From Schmidtea nova (taxonomy: Eukaryota): 43,205 bases of DNA. Position 1 is the first letter of the stretch. Every line of letters begins with the position of its first letter. The stretch covers positions 408,352,796 to 408,396,000 of the forward strand of contig CM097883.1 in assembly GCA_044892505.1 (NCBI GenBank), written 5' to 3'. Below the pieces are notes generated by a model, which saw nothing but the letters and a program-made list of their open reading frames with translations, searched no databases and was not told the DNA's origin. A program made the position numbers and the translations under genes. Shown here in pieces: positions 34,975 through 43,205 of the stretch.

Positions 34975-36554
34975 TAATTGCTTCATCGATTTTTTTAAAA
35001 ATTTTATTATTATTCATACTACAATGATATAACAGATGTAATTTTAATGATTTGTGTGGTTTATTTTCCGCTGTAGTTAATTTATATTTTTGTGTTTGCC
35101 ATTATAATATGAATTCAAATTCTAAATTTGAATTTGGCTTGCTATAGTAAATTACAAAGAATACAAAAAACCAATCTACAAATTAACAAATGAAAAGTCT
35201 ATTGAAGGAAGCTAAATTATTTAAGAAGACACTCAATATAAATTAAATATCAGAAACTTCGAATTATCAACCAAAAGAAACCAAATTGTCGAAAAGAAAG
35301 TAATCTAATCAAAGAAGTGGAAAACCCATTTATCATAAGTATTTTTTTGAAAATCCTAAAACGTAATAATGCGTGAGTGTTATTATTATAAATAAATTTT
35401 ATCATTTCTCATTGTAATTTTTTATTCAATTATAAAATTATACACTCATTCATACAAGCACGCATACTTAACCCACATTATAGAAATAACATTCACCCTA
35501 GCAGTCCAGGCACACTTTTACAGGAGACTCGCTAGGCTCTACATTTTCTCAATACACTGTCAATAAACTAACATATAATAAATATCGACACAATTACAAC
35601 AATCGTAACGATAATCAAGACAGATAATAACAGTCATATATTAAAAGATAATAAAAGATACACACACAATAAAAGGGGATTCACAAAAAGGGGAACCTGA
35701 ATTCAAAAATTTTACGAACACTATCGACAAAACAAAACAGAATTATCTCATTAGTACACTACAATAATGTTAAAAGTTGAAAATAGCATTCATTACCTAA
35801 AAATGACAGTCAGATTTACACGTGGAAATGTTTCGTCGCTACTGTTTACCGCCTGGGAGGATTTCTTGTGACAGATCGAAAGTCACATGTTTTTTTCTGT
35901 TTTAAATAATCGAAATCGGAAAAAATACAAACAACCAGCACATTTTACTGAAATGTTTTTTATTCAAACATAAAATTCCTGATTTTTTCAAACATTTAAT
36001 TTACAAAAAAATTTTGAACCCTATCAAAATTTTTTTTTATTATTTATAAATAAGTTTTCCTTGTTATTATTGACAGTAACTAGTTTTTTAATTCATTTAA
36101 ATTTATAATTTTTCTATATAATAATCTATTGATAACATAAAAAGGATGACATTAATTAGTAATTAAATTATTAACCAAAAATATCATATAATATGATAAT
36201 CTGAAAAAAATGCAAACTACCTTCATGTTTTACTGAAATGGTAAATCAAACCTTTTTTCTAAAAAAAAATTAACAAAATGTAATTTAGAATAATTATAAT
36301 TTAGTTTGCCTAACTATCTTTTGATAACAGATAATTCGTTTAAAACCATTGAGTTATGTTACAACAATCGGTTCCATTTAAAGATCTATTATCCATAAAT
36401 ATAGAGTGATCACTTTTAAATAGTCATGTATATTCTGAAATAAATAACACATTTATTGAATTACGCAATATACAGTGAACTGCTTCACCTTTGGTCTTTG
36501 GTCTCTAATGTTGGCGGTCTGGATTGGGTTAAAACAAAAATAGTAAATTAAACA

Positions 36555-36755
36555 AAACGCTCTAGGGATTCCTCCATCCAAAACCTTAACATAAAATGCT
36601 TACATATCACACGAGCACCCTCGATCATTTCCCTGTAATAATCGAGTTGGAAATGTGCAAGGTGTTTGAACAATGATGGGCAGGTGAGCTCTATTGCTAA
36701 AACTACTCCCCATTTATGTTCACGGGTTCGTCTCGCTGCCGATAGAAGGACTTAC
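36555..36755 (-). ncRNA. Conserved structured RNA element, copy F
   Basis: Minus strand CTTCTATCGGCAG...CTCACCTGCC; CTCGAT/ATCGAG stem with 15-nt loop whose AGGGA complements downstream TCCCT. Confidence 0.65.
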
Positions 36756-37074
36756 GCTTTAACTTTAATCTATCCGCATCCATTGTCTCTCATTTCAATT
36801 ATTTCTTTTCGGCCCCCTGTCTTTATAATAATTCAATTTTTCTTTCAGCGCCCTTCTTTACAATATCAACAAATAATCTTTAGTCAATTTCAATATATTA
36901 TCTCTTTAATGTTTCTATTGTTTATTAGATTTATGTTAATCCTATTGTTAATTCTAATTTATGTTTAATTTATTTGAAATTTTTAATAAATTACTTTATC
37001 TCATATACGTTACAATAAAATAAATACAAAACAAAAATTATTTAATAAGCGAAAATAACTAAATCACAGAATTT

Positions 37075-37668
37075 CTATTCAAAGTATTTGGTAATGTCTT
37101 CATCCGATATTGCAAAGTTCATTGTTAGATCAATCTCGGGAATCTCTTTTGACTGTTGTGCCAATTGCTGAAGAACTTGTTTCTTCCAGCGACGCTGGCG
37201 CGCTCCCATCTTGCTCTTCTTCTTCCTTTTACCTTCTGGATTTGTCGTGTTCTTTGGTGTACTTGCTGCTATTGTTATTGCGCGAACCTGAGATGGTTCC
37301 TCGGTGTTCGTTCCTTTTGTGCATCCTGCTTTCTCGTCAGCCCAATGCTGATAAGTGATTGGTCGAATGAGCTGGCTGAGCTCTTGAGTTAAATACGACG
37401 CCGTTACAGATTTTAGACATTTCTTTAGTTCCATCTTCGTCGCGTCCAATTCCATTTTGATCTCCTCGTTTACTCGCTGTGAGCGTTGATTTTTTATAAT
37501 TTGTGTTTTCATCTGCTCTGGACTGAACCAGCTTTTCTTCAGGTTTGAGATTATGCCATCGGCTTCTTTTATTTTTTCAGATTTCCGTAACATTTCTTTT
37601 TCCAGGCTTCGAATTATCCTCCATGCTTTATCCAATTCGGCTTGATTAGTTGCTGTGTTGGCTGACAT
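37075..37668 (-). CDS. Uncharacterised 197-aa coiled-coil protein with Lys/Arg-rich tail, encoded inside the LTR
   Basis: Intact ATG-to-stop frame preceded by an acceptor-like TTTTAG; homologous to three decayed copies in this window. Confidence 0.75.
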   Translation of the reverse strand: MSANTATNQAELDKAWRIIRSLEKEMLRKSEKIKEADGIISNLKKSWFSPEQMKTQIIKNQRSQRVNEEIKMELDATKMELKKCLKSVTASYLTQELSQLIRPITYQHWADEKAGCTKGTNTEEPSQVRAITIAASTPKNTTNPEGKRKKKSKMGARQRRWKKQVLQQLAQQSKEIPEIDLTMNFAISDEDITKYFE

Positions 37669-37795
37669 TCTCTAAAATTCAAGATGGTTTATTAACATAA
37701 ATTGGTTGTGTTGATTTGAACAATTCTCATTCTTTCGACGACTGTTAATTGTTAATTCAGGAAGAGAAAATGATTTACCTATTACACTTTCAACA

Positions 37796-37932
37796 CTGTC
37801 GCTATGTACAGCGATCAGATACATTTATTTCATAATATATTTTATTTGTTCACACCTGTGCTATGTACAGCAATCAGGATACGAAATAATTTAAACAAAA
37901 CTAAGATCTGCTGCCCTATATACAGGATTCAG
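37796..37932 (-). repeat. Three spaced short hairpin repeats (loop AT(G/A)TAC on +)
   Basis: CTGTCGCT-ATGTAC-AGCGATCAG, CTGTGCT-ATGTAC-AGCAATCAG, CTGCTGCCCT-ATATAC-AGGATTCAG. Confidence 0.65.
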
Positions 37933-38390
37933 GATAAGCAATTATATTTAATTATTTATGTGGAATGTTTGATCCTATAGCCTATTGCTGCTATGTTACT
38001 TGCGTAGTAGATCACTACGCTATTAAATTATCGATTTTTGAAATGGTTATGTTTTAAAAAATGTATTATGTACAAATTCTTAACCGTGTATCTGCCGCTT
38101 TATGCCCACAAACCCCAGATGTGACAATCGAAAAATATATATTAACACTCGGTGAATTCAAAAGAAAAATCAGATTGATAAAATCACAGTTACATCTGTA
38201 TCAACTAAAATCAAACTCTCCTCAACTATAACTCAAAAAATCAAATCGGTTATAAAATAAAACTTCAACTGGTTATACTATCCAGTGAAAAATCATGGTT
38301 AAAATAAAAATTCCTACCCTCTTCACGGCGCTTTACACCGGTCGGACGGCCTAACTGTACGGAGCAGTCATTCTACTCGGCACAGTATGC

Positions 38391-38685
38391 CTCCATTTCA
38401 CCGATTGCACGGTGATCGGAGCCCCTTGAATCATACGTATTTTTCTACTATATCTACTGTATATAAATAATATATATTCGCCTCCTTCCACTGATTGCAC
38501 AGTGGAAGAAGCTCGACCCAAAAATTACTTCTAAAAAATATATACTTGTAAGTAATGGTTAGCATACTACACTAAGGTTGTCTCCTTCCACCGATTACAC
38601 GATGGAAGAAGCTCAATAAAAGATAGATAAATAGATATATAGATATCGTCTTCTCCTTCCACTGATTGCACAGCGGAAGAAGCTT
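38391..38685 (-). repeat. Four spaced ca.32-bp hairpin repeats (loop ATT(G/A)CA on +)
   Basis: Starts at 38391, 38482, 38582, 38653; consensus CTCCTTCCACTG-ATTGCA-CAGTGGAAGAAGCT. Confidence 0.85.
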
Positions 38686-38897
38686 AAGTTTAATTCTAAA
38701 TTCAAATAGAATATAACATATTCAAAAAGGAAGTTTTATTAGTTTAATTTAAATAACTACAATGGCTAATGACAGAATTTCATAATAACAATTTATAAAT
38801 TCAAGAAAAATAAAATATTCATACCTAGTAGCTTCTCACAAAATTTGTATATAACAATACAAAGAAAAAATTTTTCAATCATAAAAACATTAAAAAT

Positions 38898-38952
38898 ATC
38901 TGAATCTGGATCAGTATTTATACTGACCAGATCAGTTCATTGACCAATCAGC
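38898..38952 (-). promoter_or_regulatory. Inverted CCAAT box plus TATA box (unit F)
   Basis: ATTGG starts at 38948 and TATAAATA at 38922 on the minus strand (26 nt); the TATA sits in the centre of a palindrome at 38906-38930. Confidence 0.7.
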
Positions 38953-39414
38953 ATCAATCTGATGGTCATCAATACAATTCTATTAAAAATAAAATCAATT
39001 TTATTAACAAATATGATTTTCATTTTCTTGTTTTAATTTACCGAATTTTTATTAATTCTTCTTCTTTTTTACTTATTTATTTCGCTTTCTTATTATTTAA
39101 ATATAATTAAATATCACTTTCTTTAACGTTTTTACATTATCCATTTACTTTCTTCAAATATTTGATATTAAATTAATATTCTTTATTACATTTTAATTCG
39201 TTTTATACTGATATTTCTCGTAATTATATTCATTTAATTTGTTCCTATTTATTTCTTATTATTATTATTTTTTATGTTAAATGTGGACCAAATGGTGGAT
39301 CCAACACTAATGCAATATCATTACTCTCCAATTCTTAAGATTGATGCCATCTCTTTAACCATTTGATTCGTCGGTGCTGCGTTGTATCTGGATATCATCT
39401 TGATCTGACACAAA

Positions 39415-39950
39415 TCTAAGAATTTTATATGTACCATCATATTGAATATATCATTTTTGTTTCTTCTACGTGGTTCTCGTCGTACTAGTACCTCTCCACT
39501 TTAAAATGTCGTTTAATTCTTTTGTCGTCCTCGAATTCCCTCATCTTTTGAACAGCTTGTTTGTTATTCGTTTGTGCTTATATTCGACATCTGTTCTAGA
39601 AATTCAGAACATGTGACACATCGTTTTACTATCTCTTTAACACTTTGGGGCATGGCGGGATTAAAAGTGTCCCACATTTTTGTTACTTGAATCTGCATAG
39701 TGGGATCTTTTCAACACCACCCTATAATTAAAAACCTAAATGTTTTTATATTTTTTTTGTAGTTTTATTTCTTTATTAATAATAATAATAAACCAAAATT
39801 TTAATAAAAAAAAGATAAATTTTAATAAAATTTTTTTTGTGCAACACGGGCTTTTTTATTTGTCAAAATTCCATGCCTCAAAGAGTTAACGGTTTCTTGT
39901 CTTTTCGGCCAGAAAAATTGCCTTCTAAATATGTTTATATTCGATGACAT
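39415..39950 (-). pseudogene. Ty3/Gypsy integrase relic (end of H2C2 finger plus GPY/F-like tail; core deleted), split by a MITE
   Basis: After removing the MITE: RRQFFWPKRQETVKEIVKRCVTC; downstream GEVLVRREPRRRNK.../YDGTYKI. Confidence 0.65.
39641..39885. mobile_element. piggyBac-type MITE, 245 bp
   Basis: TTAA|CACTTTGGGGCATGG vs reverse complement TTAA|CTCTTTGAGGCATGG; TTAA TSD; excision restores the integrase frame. Confidence 0.8.
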
Positions 39951-40694
39951 TATGTTATCGTTTCATTAAAAAGTGATTTATGATTATTCTGATCGATAAA
40001 CTGAAACGCTTCCAACTTGATATCAGACGAATCTTTTAATTAAAATGAGTTCGAAATTGTTAATTGACAGAAATAAATAAAACTCGATTGAATCTTAGTA
40101 GGATAACAAAAAAAATTACCATTGTAAATCTTAGACTTTAATGGATTATTTTTGCAACATGTTTATATTTTATGATATGGATTCCAATAATGTTACTCGA
40201 TATAGAATGTATTTGTGTTGATATTGTACTTTTAAATAGTTCATATTTTTTTAAATTTTCTAGAAATTAGGCTTCATCCAATTTACTGATAATCAAAATT
40301 TATTTAGTGTAGCTACTGAAAAATTAATATAAATACATTGAAAAATTCATTTTTTATGAAATTTTGGAAATTTTTCATGCTCTAAAAGCTTTATAAATTT
40401 AATGATTCGAGAAGCATGGAAATAAGGCGCTGATCTACTGGAATATTCAAAAATGATTAAGATAGACCATAATCTACTAAATCCACTTTCATTTTCATTT
40501 TCCATCCTTTGGTAATCTTCATTTGAGTCATTTTTTAAATCGATATATGTTGAATCATCCAGTTTTTCATCGTCATCTATCAAATAATATACTTAGTCAT
40601 ATGAAAAGTTATCTAAATCAAAATCATCGGTTAAAAGTTATCCGTTAGATATGCTGGTTCGTTGGTTTGGTCTTAAAACTAAGGTTATTACTGA

Positions 40695-40885
40695 TGTTAG
40701 TATTAGGGCAACCTCACCAACATAAAAATATTCCCCTCGCTGATACCTGTGACTAGTCCCTAATTATTCGTCATGTTGGTACTGTATCTAGCGTTGTAGA
40801 ATGATGAGGCAGGTGAGCAACCTTGTGGCTACTATTCTCTCATTTATCTACGGGTCCACCACTACCGATAGAAGGTCTATGTGGA
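40695..40885 (-). ncRNA. Conserved structured RNA element, copy D
   Basis: Minus strand CTTCTATCGGTAG...CTCACCTGCC; TGAC/GTCA stem with 16-nt loop, ATTAGGG complementary to CCCTAAT. Confidence 0.65.
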
Positions 40886-41069
40886 TTTGTTTCAGTCCCT
40901 ATTTCCTTCATTCACTAGTCAATTTACATCTAGGGTTCTAGTTAATTATTCGCCTTCGGCCTTCCGGAAAAAAGAATTGTGTGAATCTCATGTCCTTTAC
41001 TTAAACATTCATTTCATCATCCATAACTCATCAAATGATTAAACAGACACAAGACATTTCGGCATTTTA

Positions 41070-41628
41070 TTAGGCTAACAACACCTTTGGATTAATTACA
41101 TTTAATAATTGTCGTTCTGACAGCCCGCTCAACAAGTCTACTTCGATGCCCATTCGCTTGGCATAAGCGCGTCTTTCTCGTCGGCGTTTTGCTCCTAACC
41201 TGTTTCTCTTTTTCGTCTTGGCGTTTGCTACTGTCGTTCCGGTTTGAATATCATTATTCATGAACAAGCTGTTTGTCTGATTTTCGGTTTGGGTCTCAAT
41301 ATTTACACTCCGCGACGTAACCCATCTGTCGAATGTGGCCGCCCGGATCTGATCTTTCAGGTATTCTGAGATAAAGTTGGCCGAAACTGTCTTGAGACAG
41401 CGATTCAATTCTACTCGGTAGCCGCCAGTTCAATTGATTTTTCGTTGAGGGCGCGCTGAGTACGATCCTTTCCTTTTAAGATCTCCTTAAAGGCGGCGGG
41501 CAAAACCAGCTCCGTCGGAATTTCTCTAAATCTACACTTTGCCTATTTACCGTTCCTTCCAGGAGACGGATACGTCGACGCATTTGTTCAATCTCCTCGT
41601 CCGCTATTGATTTAGGTAGGGGCTCCAT
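41070..41628 (-). pseudogene. Coiled-coil/basic-tail LTR ORF, copy D (two frameshifts)
   Basis: MEPLPKS...RRIRLLEG...RRSWFCP/AAFKEILKGKDRTQRALNEKSIELAAT/RVELNRCLKTVS...IRAATFDRW...KKRNRLGAKRRRERR; aligns to F KKSWFSPEQMK...SQRVNEEIKMELDATKMELKKCLK. Confidence 0.8.
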
Positions 41629-42583
41629 TTCCTAGAATGGAAACATGCTCATGTTATTATTTTAACGGTTAAAATGATTGATCGTCACTCTCATGTAAAT
41701 GCGTTGAATCCACAGCGAAACCCAAATTTATCTCATCTTTCACCCAATACTTGTCATCAATATACTCTCACATGCATCCCTCCCTCACAGACTCGTTTGG
41801 CATACTTAATCACTCCGAGTTACTACCTTTCGTATTTCAACTCATTCAGACGCAACATACAAATTACAACAATTTCCGAGAGACAATCAATTTATTTAAT
41901 AATTTTTTGATCTACACTGATCATAGCATTTTCATCGGGCTTTCCCGGGAACGCCTGAGGCTCCAATTCTGATCGTATTCGCTATCGCTCCGTTGAATAC
42001 CGTTTGCGTACTAGAGGTCTGGGTTTGGGTCCCAACACAATTGTCACTTGTATAGAAAGACCTCTTTCCATTCGACACCTGCTGCCCAAATTGAACTTTT
42101 CTCGCTCGAGGCCGGTGCTCCGGTTGGTAGATTGGTATATGGGGTCAGTTCTCTGGTGACCAGATTCCGTGGTCGCTCCAAAATTATGTATCCCAAACGG
42201 TGGATTTCGGTCACTGCTATTGGCTGAAAATGGATTAACCATCAGGGTTTTTCAGAAGGTTCCTGCATTTCGATGAACCTATTCAATTTACCCGAAGGGG
42301 GTTGGCGGGTTTCTAGCGGCCAATGGGAGTCACCTTCCCGTGGCAGCTTGATTCTTCATGACGTTTCGCTGGAAAAGAATCACGATATATCGTGCGTTCT
42401 ACGCCAATGGCGCAAATGCCTCTTTAAGTCGTCCTGGAGTCGTGTTGGCGCGTGGTTTAACGCTAGGATAATTAAAAATGAACGAGCGGGGTCATCCTTC
42501 CACTTCGCGTCTTTACATAGGTTAAAATTCAAGTACTAAGATTTATAATAATTTAGTTACTATAAATTTCATTCCAAATAGAA

Positions 42584-43205
42584 ATGTACAAGTTAGAAAA
42601 TCATGATTTGAGACTTCTTTATTTATTTAAGTGGAAATCGAAGAACAATTCAGTTGAGGCGGAGGGAATATTAATAATGCTTTTGGGAGCAATACAGAAT
42701 GAAAGAACTATTAAGTTGGTTTTAGAAATTTGATGACGGCGAAATTATATCGAAAATATGCCTCGTTGTAGACCCAATATCAAGCTGTCGGAGGAAGATT
42801 TTCGTGAAGCTGTTGCTTAAAGATCAACAAGGTCTGTTCGAGAAATTGCTATAGATCTGTCTGCCTCCTAAACAACCGTTCATGGCAATCAAGTTAATTG
42901 GAATGGTCAAAATGCTTCAAAAATGGATCTCACATGAATTGACTGAGTTGCAGAAATTAAACAGATTCCAAACTTGCTTATCCCTTCAAGCACGACATCG
43001 AAAGTCATCTTTTCTTAATAATATAATTACCTGCGATGAAAAATGGATTCGTAAGCGGTTAGGAGAACGGTTGGATAAACATCAATTCCCAAATCAGTTT
43101 CCAAAACCGGAACTTCGCCAAAAGAAAGGCCTTTAAGTGAAATCGAAGAAATGGAAGTTCAATGATTCGGAGGAAATAAAATTGACAGTTATCACTTTCT
43201 TGGAC
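42584..43205 (+). pseudogene. Mariner (DD34D-type) transposase relic running off the window
   Basis: N-terminal HTH region (LRLLYLFKWK...NINNAFG), RSVREIA, KWISHELTE.QK.NR...C, IITCDEKWI; multiple stops and frameshifts. Confidence 0.88.

Larger units (their letters stand above)
36509..39306 (-). mobile_element. Long solo LTR F (2798 bp) containing a promoter, an intact ORF and structured RNAs
   Basis: TGTTGG...CCAACA termini with perfect 4-bp TSD CTAA (36505-08, 39307-10). Strand given is that of the internal ORF. Confidence 0.85.
40652..42540 (-). mobile_element. Truncated LTR-family unit D
   Basis: Terminus TGCTGGTTCGTTGG; structured RNA, coiled-coil ORF, and a region similar to E; promoter end replaced by a mariner relic. 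Confidence 0.65.

Noticed and set aside
38391-38685. CRISPR array
   Set aside because: Eukaryotic LTR context, no cas genes, four divergent repeats and uneven low-complexity spacers; kept as a hairpin array.

Overview
AT-rich eukaryotic (animal) genomic DNA that is almost entirely nested mobile elements. There are no prokaryotic genes, rRNA/tRNA or CRISPR. (AT)n/(AAT)n tracts, Merlin, mariner, Tc1, Helitron and long LTRs suggest a planarian-like genome, but that is inference only. Main signal: five or six divergent copies of one family of very long LTR-like units (A 7024-10366 +, partial B 6412-7023/10367-ca.12000 +, E 24905-ca.27010 -, C ca.27651-29381 +, F 36509-39306 -, D 40652-ca.42540 -). 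F has TGTTGG...CCAACA termini and a perfect 4-bp TSD (CTAA). The units carry, in varying combinations, an inverted CCAAT box and a TATA box with identical 26-nt spacing (A, B, C, F), a coiled-coil/basic-tail ORF (intact in F) and a two-domain structured RNA next to one terminus. That RNA contains a pseudoknot supported by by-eye covariation in four copies. Also present: a truncated Ty3/Gypsy gag; a triplicated cassette of unknown ORFs with a duplicated transmembrane micropeptide; a ca.3.57-kb tandem duplication; a TIR element > Merlin > Helitron end/C2H2 zinc-finger nest; an IBR-like ORF between inverted repeats; hAT, pogo and piggyBac-type MITEs; Tc1, mariner, Helitron and Gypsy-integrase relics; a probable decayed Sar1 retrocopy; and a 162-N gap. 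All alignments and folds were done by eye, with no database searches. Most ORFs in the supplied track are spurious.
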